Source of the DNA: Gammaproteobacteria bacterium
Lineage (GTDB): Bacteria > Pseudomonadota > Gammaproteobacteria > JAKEHO01
Direction: 5' to 3'
Assembly (NCBI GenBank): GCA_027296625.1
Contig: JAPUIX010000183.1
Coordinates: forward strand, 61,329-125,328
Length of the DNA: 64,000 nt
Position 1 is the first letter of the stretch; every line of letters begins with the position of its first letter. Below the pieces are notes generated by a model. That model did not search any database and was not told the origin of the DNA. It saw only the letters and a program-made list of their open reading frames with translations. The translations under genes were made by a program, and so were the position numbers. This document shows, one piece after another, positions 1-11,211 of the stretch.

Positions 1-99
1 TTGGGCCGCGCAGTCCTTAGCGGATCGAATACCCGCGCCCATGCATTCCTATCCCCATGTTGTTACACTCGCTGCCTCGATCGGCTTGCAGAATAAGAA

Positions 100-942
100 T
101 TGGATAATCTCACCATGAAGGCTGTCACGATCACCTTTATCGGTTGCGGCAACATGGGGCGTAGTCTCATTGGAGGACTTATTGCGAATGGTCATCCAGC
201 CACAAAGATCTGTGCTGCAGATATCGATGCGTCACAACTGGCACGCGTAGGGAAACTATTTTCAGTCAAGGTAAGTACTGATAATCGCGAGGCCGTCGCG
301 GCTGCGGATGTGATTGTCTTAGCCGTTAAGCCTCTGCTCATTGGGACCGTGGCACGCGATCTCGCTGGCTCGATACAGAAACGTACCGCCTTGGTGATAT
401 CCATCGCCGCGGGCGTCCCCATTACGGCGCTTGAGCGGTGGCTCGGCGAGGACACACCCATCGTTCGGGCTATGCCAAATACACCTGCGCAGGTGAATGC
501 CGGTGTCGCAGCCCTCTTCGCCAATCAGGCCGTTAGTGCCCCACAACGGGAAACCGCGGCGTCGATCATGCGCTCTGTCGGTCTGGCCCTTTGGTTGAGC
601 GATGAATCCCAGATGGATACCGTCACGGCCTTGTCTGGCAGCGGGCCGGCCTATTTTTTTCTCATCATGGAAGCCCTCGAGGATGCGGCTGTTAAACTTG
701 GCCTTTCCCGAGACGCTGCCCACCTGATGACGCTTCAGACGGCGTTTGGCGCTGCAAAGATGGCGTTAGAATGCGGCGAGGATACTGCGACGCTGCGCAT
801 GCAGGTCACCTCGCCTGGTGGGACCACGGAACAGGCACTCAAGGTACTTCTAGAGGGGGAGCTACCGGTTCTTTTTTTAGAAGCCCTTAAAGCAGCCCGC
901 GCACGCGCGCAAGAACTCGCTAGCTCCATTAGGGACCCATAA
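100..942 (+). CDS. proC: pyrroline-5-carboxylate reductase
   Basis: 280-aa ORF with N-terminal Rossmann motif FIGCGNMG and a P5CR-like C-terminal dimerisation region. It heads a proC-yggT-yggU-metXW block as in Pseudomonas. An internal Met (MKAVT) may be the true start. Confidence 0.9.
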   Translation: MDNLTMKAVTITFIGCGNMGRSLIGGLIANGHPATKICAADIDASQLARVGKLFSVKVSTDNREAVAAADVIVLAVKPLLIGTVARDLAGSIQKRTALVISIAAGVPITALERWLGEDTPIVRAMPNTPAQVNAGVAALFANQAVSAPQRETAASIMRSVGLALWLSDESQMDTVTALSGSGPAYFFLIMEALEDAAVKLGLSRDAAHLMTLQTAFGAAKMALECGEDTATLRMQVTSPGGTTEQALKVLLEGELPVLFLEALKAARARAQELASSIRDP

Positions 943-1520
943 TGACCGAGCCTTATCTCACCAATGCGGGGACCTTCCTTATCAGCACGCTATTCGGCCT
1001 GTACATACTCGCCGTCATGCTACGCTTCTTGTTACAGTGTGTTCGTGCGGACTCCTACAATCCGATCGCACAGTTCCTGATCACCATCACCAACCCACCA
1101 CTTCGCCCCCTGCGCCGGATCCTTCCCGGCTACGGCGGCATTGACTGGTCCTCCATCCTGCTGATGTTCGCGCTAAAAACCTTGGAGATTTCGCTACTTT
1201 TACTTCTAACCGCAGAGCGCTTCCCTCAAGTTTCCGGGCTTCTGGTGCTCTCGTTTGCTGATCTCATGTCCTTGCTTTTCTATGTATTTCTATTTGCGAT
1301 CATCATCCAAGTGATCATCAGCTGGGTAAATCCCGGGGCTCACAACCCTGCAACGGTGCTCCTCTATCAGTTAACAGAGCCGCTGCTTGCTCCCGCTAGA
1401 CGGATCGTGCCGCCGATGAGCGCGCTTGATTTCTCACCCCTGGTCGTCTTGATTGCCTTGCAACTGTTGATCATGCTCCTTATTGCCCCCCTGACCGATA
1501 TCGGACGCAGCCTCTTATGA
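942..1520 (+). CDS. yggT: YggT family inner-membrane protein
   Basis: 192-aa multi-TM ORF with a duplicated hydrophobic module. Its start codon overlaps the proC stop (ATGA), the conserved position downstream of proC. Confidence 0.8.
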   Translation: MTEPYLTNAGTFLISTLFGLYILAVMLRFLLQCVRADSYNPIAQFLITITNPPLRPLRRILPGYGGIDWSSILLMFALKTLEISLLLLLTAERFPQVSGLLVLSFADLMSLLFYVFLFAIIIQVIISWVNPGAHNPATVLLYQLTEPLLAPARRIVPPMSALDFSPLVVLIALQLLIMLLIAPLTDIGRSLL

Positions 1521-1813
1521 AACCAACTTGGTGTCATTGGGACGGAGATACCCTTGTACTCAAGGTCCACATACAACCCCGTGCTGCGAGGGACGAGATA
1601 GCCGGGGTACACGCAGACCATCTCAAATTACGGATAGCCGCTCCGCCGGTCAGCGGCAAGGCAAACACACAGCTCATTGGGTTTCTCGCAAGTGAATTCC
1701 GGGTGCCTCACTCCCAGATCAAACTCTTGAGTGGCGAACGTAGTCGCGATAAACGCATTGCCATACGTACCCCCAAGACACATCCCGACTGGATGTCTGG
1801 GTCGCAAGAATAA
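1517..1813 (+). CDS. yggU: DUF167 (YggU) family protein
   Basis: 98-aa ORF overlapping the yggT stop. The small conserved protein is in the typical yggT-yggU arrangement. Confidence 0.7.
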   Translation: MKPTWCHWDGDTLVLKVHIQPRAARDEIAGVHADHLKLRIAAPPVSGKANTQLIGFLASEFRVPHSQIKLLSGERSRDKRIAIRTPKTHPDWMSGSQE

Positions 1814-1902
1814 AACAGGAGAATAACATAGCACAGCCGCCACGCATCGGCTGCCTCCCGTGTTGCGCTCGAACCAGCCACTCTTTAGACTCATGCAGAA
1901 CC

Positions 1903-3075
1903 TTGATCACCCACCCAGTAGTTGAGATGCCGGAATCAATACCACATGATTCAGTGGGTCTTGTAACGCCAAAGTCCCATGTATTCAACGAACCGCTATC
2001 GCTGGACTGCGGTAGCGTATTAGACAGCTATCAACTCGTATTTGAAACCTACGGTACACTGAACCAAGCGCGTTCAAATGCCATTCTGATCTGTCATGCC
2101 TTAAGCGGCGATCACCACGTTGCGGGCTTCAACAGCATGGATGACAGAAAGCCTGGCTGGTGGGACAACTGTGTCGGGCCTGGTAAACCCATTGATACCG
2201 ACCATTTTTTCGTTGTGTGCCCTAACAATCTCGCGGGCTGCAATGGCTCGACGGGTCCAATGAGCATCAATCCTAAAACAGGCAAGCCCTACGGACCCGA
2301 CTTTCCGATCGTGACGGTGCACGATTGGGTTGAGAGTCAGGCGCGCTTGGCGGACCTATTAGAGATTGAGTGCTGGGCAGGAATCGTCGGGGGCAGCCTA
2401 GGCGCAATGCAAGCGTTGCAATGGGCCATCGACTTCCCTGATCGCATACGCCATGCCATTATCATTGCAGCGGCGCCAAAACTATCGACCCAGAACATCG
2501 CCTTCAACGAACTGGCTCGCCAGGCGATCATGTCGGATCAGGACTTCCATGAAGGGCGTTATTATGAGTACGGCGTAAAACCAAAACGAGGGCTGATGTT
2601 GGCACGCATGCTAGGACATATTACTTATCTATCGGACGATGTCCTCGATGCCAAATTTGGGCGCGAGCTGCGCGATGGTAAGATTAGCTTTGGATTTGAT
2701 GTGGAGTTTCAGGTGGAAAGTTATTTGCGCCATCAAGGAAGTTCCTTCGTCGATCGTTTTGATGCCAATACCTACCTTCTAATCACCAAGACATTGGATT
2801 ATTTCGACCCTGCAGCCAAATTTGGAAATAACCTTGCGGTCGCTGTATCGGGATCTAAAGCGAACTTCCTCGTGATCTCCTTTAAAAGTGATTGGCGCTT
2901 CGCGCCGCCTCGGTCAAGAGAGATCGTCCGGGCGCTGCTCGATGCTGACAAAAACGTCATTTATACCGAGATCGCGTCACAGCAAGGTCATGACTCGTTC
3001 CTTATGGCGATCCCCCAGTACCACGACGTGCTGCGCACCTACCTCCGACGCGTGGCCCATGAATTAAACCCATGA
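1903..3075 (+). CDS. metX: homoserine O-acyltransferase (MetX)
   Basis: 390-aa alpha/beta-hydrolase with the [13 protein letters not shown] nucleophile-elbow motif. metW follows with a 4-bp overlap. Confidence 0.9.
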   Translation: MITHPVVEMPESIPHDSVGLVTPKSHVFNEPLSLDCGSVLDSYQLVFETYGTLNQARSNAILICHALSGDHHVAGFNSMDDRKPGWWDNCVGPGKPIDTDHFFVVCPNNLAGCNGSTGPMSINPKTGKPYGPDFPIVTVHDWVESQARLADLLEIECWAGIVGGSLGAMQALQWAIDFPDRIRHAIIIAAAPKLSTQNIAFNELARQAIMSDQDFHEGRYYEYGVKPKRGLMLARMLGHITYLSDDVLDAKFGRELRDGKISFGFDVEFQVESYLRHQGSSFVDRFDANTYLLITKTLDYFDPAAKFGNNLAVAVSGSKANFLVISFKSDWRFAPPRSREIVRALLDADKNVIYTEIASQQGHDSFLMAIPQYHDVLRTYLRRVAHELNP

Positions 3076-3689
3076 AGTCGCTGCGTCCGGACCAGGCCCT
3101 GATTGCCGAATGGATCGCCGCGTCTTCCCGAGTCCTTGATCTTGGCTGCGGCGACGGGGCACTACTTGCCTACTTGCAAAACACTCGCAATGTCACTGGA
3201 TATGGACTTGAGATTGACGAAGATAATATCGTCAAATGCATCGCAGTAGGAGTAAACGTCATTCAGACTGATCTTGATGCGGGACTATCCGAGTTTGATG
3301 AGAACTCCTTTGACTATGTGCTAATGACCGATACCCTTCAGGCAGTACACTTTCCTGATAAGTTAATCAATGAGATGTTACGTGTCGGGCGCGAAGGCAT
3401 TATCACGTTTACCAATATTGGCCACTGGATTTGCCGACTGCAACTGGCCATCAAAGGTAAGATGCCAATATCCCGATCGCTACCCGATCAATGGTATGAA
3501 ACGCCTAACATTCATTTGTGTTCCATCGCAGATTTTGAAGGATTATGTAGATCACTTGATGTGGAGATCCTACAGCGAGCAACCGTCGATCATGCCCATC
3601 GGTCCAATTTGGGAATGCGGTTATTGCCGAATCTCCTAGGCGAAATTGCGCTCTATCGCTTCCGCCGCAAAACCCAATCACATACCTGA
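3072..3689 (+). CDS. metW: methionine biosynthesis protein MetW
   Basis: 205-aa methyltransferase-like ORF ([12 protein letters not shown]) immediately downstream of metX and overlapping it. Confidence 0.85.
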   Translation: MKSLRPDQALIAEWIAASSRVLDLGCGDGALLAYLQNTRNVTGYGLEIDEDNIVKCIAVGVNVIQTDLDAGLSEFDENSFDYVLMTDTLQAVHFPDKLINEMLRVGREGIITFTNIGHWICRLQLAIKGKMPISRSLPDQWYETPNIHLCSIADFEGLCRSLDVEILQRATVDHAHRSNLGMRLLPNLLGEIALYRFRRKTQSHT

Positions 3690-3772
3690 AGCAGGGATCC
3701 GTACTGTTCGGAGTGGTTGAAAACTTTCCGGCGCATGTCCATCGTTATAGTGTAGATAGAACGAATAAAACC

Positions 3773-4228
3773 ATGAACAATACGGCCGTGCGACGTCACA
3801 ACTTAATCCTTGGGATCCTGGTGATGCTGTTGCCCCTCGCGAGCCCCGCGGAGCAATCGCAGACTTTCGGTGACTACACCATACACTATAACGCCTTTAC
3901 GACGGACATCCTTGAACCGTCTGTTGCAAGGATCTACAAGATCCCTCGAAGCAAGAACCGCGTACTGCTTAACATCTCCGTACTAAAAAAGGTAATGGGC
4001 ACGACCGGCCAGCCGGTGAGCGCCAAAATACAGGCAACGGCAACGAATCTCAGTGCTCAGGTCAAGACTTTGGAGATGCGCGAGATACGCGACAAAGGCG
4101 CATTCTACTACATCGCCGAAACGCCAGTGAGCAATGAAGAAACCCTCATATTTACGCTGCACATCACCCCCGACGATGAGGCTATAACACATACCATCAC
4201 TTTTCAGGAACGATTCTTCACCGATTAG
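3773..4228 (+). CDS. secreted hypothetical protein (DUF4426-like, found after metW in pseudomonads)
   Basis: ORF 3713..4228. The likely start is the internal MNNTAVRRHNLILGILVMLLPLASPAEQ signal peptide at 3773. The product is a beta-rich periplasmic protein. Confidence 0.55.
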   Translation: MNNTAVRRHNLILGILVMLLPLASPAEQSQTFGDYTIHYNAFTTDILEPSVARIYKIPRSKNRVLLNISVLKKVMGTTGQPVSAKIQATATNLSAQVKTLEMREIRDKGAFYYIAETPVSNEETLIFTLHITPDDEAITHTITFQERFFTD

Positions 4229-4283
4229 CTACAATTTTAGCGGTACCGCCATCGCTGGCACATATCCTAACTGTGTGTCCAAT

Positions 4284-5057
4284 TTAGAATGGGATATCGT
4301 AATCCATGATCAGCGGGGCGTGGTCGGAAAAACGTTTTGCCTTGTAGATCTTGGCCAACCTGACCTTTCTTCTCAGTCCCGGTGTCACCACCTGATAATC
4401 GATTCGCCACCCAACATTCTTAGCCCACGCCTGACCCCGATTCGACCACCAAGTATATTGATCAGGCTCCGGGTTCACCACTCGGAAGGCATCCACCATA
4501 CCAACAGTTTTGAAGAGTCGATCCATCCACGCTCGCTCTTCGGGCAAAAACCCCGAATTTTTTTGATTGCCACGCCAGTTCTTCAAATCAATCTTCTTGT
4601 GAGCAATATTCCAATCACCACAAATGATGTAGTTCCCCCGATCGGCGCGCATTGCCTTCAGCGTTGGCATGATCTTTCCCATGAAATCATACTTCGCCGC
4701 CTGTCGCTCTTCACTAGACGAACCCGAAGGCAGATATAAAGACACGATACTAAGCCTGCCAAAATCGGCTCGGAGATAACGCCCCTCGTCGTCGAATTCC
4801 GGGCAACCAAAGCCCCCAATCACCCGATCAGGTTCCCGCCGGGAATAAAGGGCAACCCCACTATAGCCCTTTTTCTTCGCATCACGGAAATACGCATAAT
4901 AACGAAAAGGAGATGCCACCGCTGGCGGTAGCTGCTGTTGATGGGCCTTAGTCTCCTGGAGACAGACAACGTCGGCATGTTGTCTGGGAAGCCATTGAAA
5001 GAACCCTTTTTTATGTGCTGACCGGATACCATTGGCATTTAGCGTAATGATGCGCAC
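4284..5057 (-). CDS. xthA: exodeoxyribonuclease III
   Basis: 257-aa ORF with EEP-nuclease motifs (MRIITLNANGIR, LQETK, GDWNIAH, SDHAP). Confidence 0.9.
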   Translation of the reverse strand: MRIITLNANGIRSAHKKGFFQWLPRQHADVVCLQETKAHQQQLPPAVASPFRYYAYFRDAKKKGYSGVALYSRREPDRVIGGFGCPEFDDEGRYLRADFGRLSIVSLYLPSGSSSEERQAAKYDFMGKIMPTLKAMRADRGNYIICGDWNIAHKKIDLKNWRGNQKNSGFLPEERAWMDRLFKTVGMVDAFRVVNPEPDQYTWWSNRGQAWAKNVGWRIDYQVVTPGLRRKVRLAKIYKAKRFSDHAPLIMDYDIPF

Positions 5058-5158
5058 TAACCTGTCTCCCTAACGCGTAGCAATGTATGATAGCGAACCT
5101 GCCTGGTTGATGAACCAACATCAGCGACGAACGCAGCGCCTTCACTTGGCATCTAAAC

Positions 5159-5803
5159 ATGAAAAACTACCAACGCGAATTTATACGCTTCGCCATCGAC
5201 TGCAAAGTGCTCTGCTTCGGTAACTTTACTCTCAAATCGGGTCGGAGCAGCCCTTATTTTTTTAACTGCGGGTTATTCAATACCGGTGCAAGTCTTGTCC
5301 AACTCGGCCGCTATTACGCAACCGCCATACAGCACGCCGGTCTTGACTACGATATGCTATTTGGTCCGGCCTACAAAGGGATCCCCTTAGCGTCTGCCAC
5401 CGCCATCGCCCTTGCAGAACAAACCAATCGCGACGTGCCATACTGCTCTAACCGCAAGGAGGTGAAATACTATGGCGAAGGCGGTGTGACCTTTGGTGCG
5501 CCCCTATCGGGGAGAGTACTGATCATTGACGATGTGATTTCCGCGGGCACCACGATCAGTACCTCTGTCGATATCATTCGCGCTCGGGGGGCGGTCCCGG
5601 TTGGCGTCGTAATTGCGCTTGATCGGCAGGAGCGCGGCACCGGCAAACTATCCGCCGTTCACGAAGTCGAGGCCCGCCATCAAATGACCGTTACCAGCAT
5701 CATTACACTGGATGATCTCGTTGCATATCTTGAAGAGGAACCGGAAATGGGCGAAAGGCTCCAGCACGTTCGTGACTATAGGATGCAGTATGGCGCAGCG
5801 TAA
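5159..5803 (+). CDS. pyrE: orotate phosphoribosyltransferase
   Basis: 214-aa ORF with the PRPP-binding loop [13 protein letters not shown] and typical OPRTase N-terminus. Confidence 0.9.
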   Translation: MKNYQREFIRFAIDCKVLCFGNFTLKSGRSSPYFFNCGLFNTGASLVQLGRYYATAIQHAGLDYDMLFGPAYKGIPLASATAIALAEQTNRDVPYCSNRKEVKYYGEGGVTFGAPLSGRVLIIDDVISAGTTISTSVDIIRARGAVPVGVVIALDRQERGTGKLSAVHEVEARHQMTVTSIITLDDLVAYLEEEPEMGERLQHVRDYRMQYGAA

Positions 5804-5948
5804 GCGATCGTAATTCCGCCCCTTCCAAGCCTTGGGCCCGGAATGGCCCGGCCTAGCCCGCAACAATTCGTTCACATACTATAATAATAACGATGTGCCG
5901 AGCCCGTCCAACCCGAGTATTTAATCAGTTGCTGAGCCACGCAGGCTA

Positions 5949-6584
5949 TTGATCATGAATGCCACTGTGATGCGCATTGCCTTGATCCTCGTTTTGGTAA
6001 CGGGCCTGTCCCCATCCCCTCCAGCGCACGCAAGGATCAAGTGCTGGACAAACAAAGATGACGTAAGGGAATGTGGTAATGTTGTTCCGCCAGAGTATTC
6101 ACAAAAAGGACATGAAGAACTCAGCGATCAGGGGATTGTCATTGACAGAAAAGAAAGGGCCAAAACTCCAGAGGAGCTGGAAGAGGAGCGACGGCTCGCG
6201 GCTATCCAGGCAGAGGAAGACCGTAAGGCCAGGAAGAAAGAGATCGCCGATCGGGTCTTGTTAGATACATTTGCGAGCGAGGACGATCTTGTTCTGGCCC
6301 AGGATGGCAAACTTGCTGCAATCGAACAAACCATTCATGTCACAGAAAGCCGCATTAAGAAGCTACAAAAGAGCCTAAATGAGATTATGAGCATGGCGGC
6401 CGAAATGGAACGTCGCGGCAAGCCGCCGGCCGATGGAACCCAAAACGAGATCGATGTGGTGCGTGCACAGATCGCAGAGAACCGCGCCTACATTAAGACC
6501 TTGCATAAGGAACAGGATGCGGTGCGCAACGCCTTTGAGTCTGATCTGACGCGCTTCAAAGAGTTAAAGGCCGCAGGAAGATAA
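5949..6584 (+). CDS. secreted coiled-coil protein (DUF4124-like N-terminal module)
   Basis: Signal peptide (ALILVLVTGLSPSPPAHA), then a W..D..G..PPEY module, then about 150 aa of charged heptad-like sequence (EELEEERRLAAIQAEEDRKARKK). GC is lower than in neighbouring genes. Confidence 0.5.
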   Translation: MIMNATVMRIALILVLVTGLSPSPPAHARIKCWTNKDDVRECGNVVPPEYSQKGHEELSDQGIVIDRKERAKTPEELEEERRLAAIQAEEDRKARKKEIADRVLLDTFASEDDLVLAQDGKLAAIEQTIHVTESRIKKLQKSLNEIMSMAAEMERRGKPPADGTQNEIDVVRAQIAENRAYIKTLHKEQDAVRNAFESDLTRFKELKAAGR

Positions 6585-6586
6585 GC

Positions 6587-7180
6587 TTAGCCAAACAAGC
6601 CCTGCGAGAGCGTCGCCCACTGCTCCTCCCAGAAACTGGTCGGAGAGGTATGAAAGCCGCTCTGTACATACTGCAGCATTTTCCCTTCCGCGTGCGCCAC
6701 GAGCAGGTTCGCTGTGACGGTCGGCGATCCCTTCGGCTGCAAGCCCGGGCTTAGAGTGCTTTCACGCAAGATCTGTTTCAATTGCATCTCAAAGCGATCG
6801 AAAAATTGTACGACACGCGTCCGAAGGCGCTCATTCTCGCCGACTAGCGCATCGCCGACAAGGATGCGTGTGATACCGGGATTTCGTTCAGAAAATCCCA
6901 AGAGCAACTTCAAGATACCCTGACAGCGCTTCACGACATCAGACTCATCCGACAGTATACGGTTTGTGAGACCAAATACTGAATCCTCCGCGAACCCGAT
7001 CAGATCCTCAAACATCTTCGCCTTGCTAGCAAAGTGCCGATAAAGTGCTGCCTCAGACACGCCGACGGCTGTGGCAAGCCTAGCCGTGGTGATTCGCGTA
7101 CCGGGCTGGTTCTCAAGCTCGCGGGCCAACGCTTCCAAAATCTGCTGCCGCCGACTCGGTTTCGCCTTAGCATCTTTCAT
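6587..7180 (-). CDS. slmA: nucleoid occlusion factor SlmA (TetR family)
   Basis: 197-aa TetR-fold ORF. Its N-terminal HTH (RITTARLATAVGVSEAALYRHFASKAKMF) and LLLGFSERNPGITRIL segment match SlmA closely. It lies downstream of argB/dut/coaBC as in Pseudomonas. Confidence 0.8.
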   Translation of the reverse strand: MKDAKAKPSRRQQILEALARELENQPGTRITTARLATAVGVSEAALYRHFASKAKMFEDLIGFAEDSVFGLTNRILSDESDVVKRCQGILKLLLGFSERNPGITRILVGDALVGENERLRTRVVQFFDRFEMQLKQILRESTLSPGLQPKGSPTVTANLLVAHAEGKMLQYVQSGFHTSPTSFWEEQWATLSQGLFG

Positions 7181-7208
7181 CTCACTTTGCCCCCTCCCAC
7201 CTCGCCAG

Positions 7209-8159
<951 letters not shown>

Positions 8160-8230
8160 TCACACGGGCACATTAATGCTGCCTGCCCACATCTACAGAA
8201 CTCCGGTCAAAAATCGGTGGCGGCAATGCC

Positions 8231-10732
8231 TTAGAATGGTAGCGGCAATTTTGGATCCAATTCCTGAAAAACACGACGAAACGCGTCTTGGATCCGATCT
8301 AAGGCCTGCTGATCATCCCCCTCAAAGCGCAGAATCAGGTACGGGGTTGTATTGGATGGCCGGATCAGCGCCCAACCATCCGGGAAGTCTACCCGCAGGC
8401 CATCAATTGTCGTGATCTTGGCTTCATCAAATACTGCACGTTCGCAAAAATCTTTCATAAAACTTGCATGCGATCGCTCGGGCATGCTCAGCCGCAATTC
8501 AGGTGTTGCAATGCCCCCGGGGAGCTCTGCAAATACCGCCTCTGGGGATTTTTTTGACTTTCCCAGTATCTCCAGGATGCGGGCTGCAGCATAGATTGCG
8601 TCATCAAAACCGTACCACCGTTCTTTAAAAAAAATATGCCCACTCAATTCCCCCGCTAAAGGTGCATTCTCTTCCTTCATCTTGTGCTTGATGAAGGAAT
8701 GCCCGGTTTTCCACATCACAGGTTTACCTCCGTGTTCCTCGATCACACGCCTTAGATGTCGGCTGCACTTCACGTCAAAAATGATCGGCGCGCCCTTGGC
8801 ACGAGAGAGAACATCGCGAGCAAAGAGCATCATCTGTCGATCAGGCCATATGATGTTGCCCGCGCCATCGATCACGCCGAGACGATCGCCATCACCATCG
8901 AATGCGAGACCTAAATCAGCCTTTTCCTGCTTGACCCGGTCAATGAGAACTCTGAGATTCTCAGGCTGACTGGGATCAGGTTGGTGATTAGGAAAATTGC
9001 CATCGACATCACAATAGAGTTCAACCACTTCGTGGCCAAGGGCACGGAGCACTTCCGGTGCCAATGTTCCAGCGACGCCATTGCCACAGTCGATAACCAG
9101 CTTAAATGCGTGATCGAGGGCGACTGGAATTTCTTCATTGACACGTCGCATATAGTCCCCCGTGATGTCTCTCGACTTGAGCTTTCCATTGCCAGTGACC
9201 AACTTGCGCCCCGTAACGCGATCCCGCAAGGCCATCACGGCGTTACCAGACAGGGTTTCTCCATCGAGCATGATCTTGAGACCGTTATAGTTTGGCGGGT
9301 TGTGGCTACCGGTAACCATCACGCCGCTGCCTGTATTCAGATGATGGGTCGCAAAATAAACCAAGGGCGTCGGGACCATCCCGATATCAATGACATCCCT
9401 GCCAGCAGCCCTAAGCCCCTTAATGAGCGCCTCGGCCAACTCTGGGCTTGACTTCCTGCCGTCACGACCGACCACGAGTTCCTGTTGCCCCCGTTCATGC
9501 GCCTCACTGCCGATGGCGCGTCCGATGGCATGGACCGAATCCGCCGTGAGTGTCTTTCCCGCCACTCCGCGGATGTCATAGGCGCGAAAGATGCTCTTTG
9601 CCAGCGGTACCTGCTCTTCTCGCACCACCGGCGTCGCCGACGACTCCGTAACAGCTTGGGCCCTTGCACCACGCGCTGCCAGCGACGAGGGCTGAGCCAC
9701 AGCTGTACCGCCCGCATAGTGAGCTGTTTTTGGAAGCCCCGGGACCAGTCGTTCCAGGCCAGGATGCGCCCCCAGCATGATCCCTTGCACTGCGCCGGCA
9801 TAGACCGCGGTCTCTGCCATCACCTGGGCGGCATTACGCCGCCCCCGCCGGAAGATCACATACACGCTGAGTGTGCCAAGAATCACCACGACAAGGATCA
9901 GTGACTCGACGCCAATGCCCCCCGTGAGTCCCCAGAAACCAGAGCCGCTTGAACCGGGCGCGCGGCCAGGGTCCGCCGCGGCCTGGTGCCAATAAGCTAA
10001 CCGCCACCCAGTGTTGGCCACGGGCAAGACCACGAGCGCTCCTCGCGCCTTCGCCGCGCCGTCGCCCTCGTGTGCCAGCACCAGCGTCTCGCCTTCATGC
10101 ACCACTTGGTGTAACTCCGCGTAGCCCTTGGACAGTGAAAGGCCCTGCATGGCCTCACCGAGGACGCCGACGTCGACACTCAAATGCAATACGCCCACGA
10201 GCTCCCCACCGCCGTTCGTGACCCGTCGAACCATCACGATGTGCTGAGAGGGACTGCCAAAAAACAAGACTTCGGCAGGGACGGGGTCCTCTGATGCCTC
10301 CGCCTTGCGCAGTAAGTCGAGCGATGCATAGCTCAAGGGCGGGAAGGTCGAAGTGTCAACCTCGTTGACGCCTGGTTTGAGCAGCCTGAGTTTCAAGGCC
10401 GACGGAAACTGGCCCGCAAGTTCATCCCCTTTGAGACTGAGCGCGGCCTCATCCGCGCTCACGAAAAGCGTAATCACCGCCTGTTGTGTGGCCAGGTCAT
10501 TGAGCACTCGCTGGGATGCGCCCAGCCGATCCGCCAGCTGGGCGGCGAACGCACTCGCCTCCTGCTGTACGGTTTCCAGTGCCTGTTCCTGTACCTTCTC
10601 GGCACGCTCCCGATAAAAGTAGCCGCCGGTCAGCGCCAGCGCCCCTAAGACGAGCACGCCCATGGAGGCAAGCAGTACATTACGCACCGTCCGCCTTTTA
10701 AACCGTCTGTGCTTAACAGGCCCTTCGACCAT
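8231..10732 (-). CDS. algC: phosphomannomutase/phosphoglucomutase (AlgC-type), ORF carrying a ~375-aa N-terminal membrane/periplasmic extension
   Basis: The C-terminal ~455 aa (about 8231..9606) align end-to-end with P. aeruginosa AlgC (SIFRAYDIRG, active-site TGSHNPP, DGDGDR, C-terminal LPLPF). The same frame is open for a further ~375 codons upstream. That stretch encodes two predicted TM helices flanking a ~235-aa domain. The true start is uncertain. Confidence 0.85.
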   Translation of the reverse strand: MVEGPVKHRRFKRRTVRNVLLASMGVLVLGALALTGGYFYRERAEKVQEQALETVQQEASAFAAQLADRLGASQRVLNDLATQQAVITLFVSADEAALSLKGDELAGQFPSALKLRLLKPGVNEVDTSTFPPLSYASLDLLRKAEASEDPVPAEVLFFGSPSQHIVMVRRVTNGGGELVGVLHLSVDVGVLGEAMQGLSLSKGYAELHQVVHEGETLVLAHEGDGAAKARGALVVLPVANTGWRLAYWHQAAADPGRAPGSSGSGFWGLTGGIGVESLILVVVILGTLSVYVIFRRGRRNAAQVMAETAVYAGAVQGIMLGAHPGLERLVPGLPKTAHYAGGTAVAQPSSLAARGARAQAVTESSATPVVREEQVPLAKSIFRAYDIRGVAGKTLTADSVHAIGRAIGSEAHERGQQELVVGRDGRKSSPELAEALIKGLRAAGRDVIDIGMVPTPLVYFATHHLNTGSGVMVTGSHNPPNYNGLKIMLDGETLSGNAVMALRDRVTGRKLVTGNGKLKSRDITGDYMRRVNEEIPVALDHAFKLVIDCGNGVAGTLAPEVLRALGHEVVELYCDVDGNFPNHQPDPSQPENLRVLIDRVKQEKADLGLAFDGDGDRLGVIDGAGNIIWPDRQMMLFARDVLSRAKGAPIIFDVKCSRHLRRVIEEHGGKPVMWKTGHSFIKHKMKEENAPLAGELSGHIFFKERWYGFDDAIYAAARILEILGKSKKSPEAVFAELPGGIATPELRLSMPERSHASFMKDFCERAVFDEAKITTIDGLRVDFPDGWALIRPSNTTPYLILRFEGDDQQALDRIQDAFRRVFQELDPKLPLPF

Positions 10733-10752
10733 CAGTTCCCGAAAGCCTCCCG

Positions 10753-11211
10753 CTACGACACGCGTCCGGTATGGCCAAAACCGCCGGCACCCCGCGTGCT
10801 CTCTTCAAACCTATCAACAATTTCAAAGGCCGCCCGCACCATCGGCACGAAAACCAGCTGTGCAATGCGCTCCCCCGGGTGGATGGTAAACGGCGCCTTA
10901 CCACGGTTCCAACACGAGACCAAGACCTCTCCTTGATAATCAGAGTCGATCAACCCGACGAGATTGCCTAACACTAGCCCATGTTTGTGGCCAAGCCCAG
11001 AACGGGGTAGCAGCACAGCCGCTAATTGGGGATCCGCAATGTGCACTGCAAAACCACTCGGGATCAATGCCGTTTCACCTGGGCCCAGGGTCAGCGGGTC
11101 ATCTAAACAGGCCCGCACATCCATACCTGCTGATCCGCTTGTTGCGTATTTTGGAAGAGGAAACTCAGTACCGACGCGCGGGTCAAGGACCTTGAGTTGT
11201 ATTCTTTTCAT
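10753..11211 (-). CDS. dut: dUTP diphosphatase
   Basis: 152-aa ORF with dUTPase motifs ([19 protein letters not shown]). Confidence 0.9.
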   Translation of the reverse strand: MKRIQLKVLDPRVGTEFPLPKYATSGSAGMDVRACLDDPLTLGPGETALIPSGFAVHIADPQLAAVLLPRSGLGHKHGLVLGNLVGLIDSDYQGEVLVSCWNRGKAPFTIHPGERIAQLVFVPMVRAAFEIVDRFEESTRGAGGFGHTGRVS

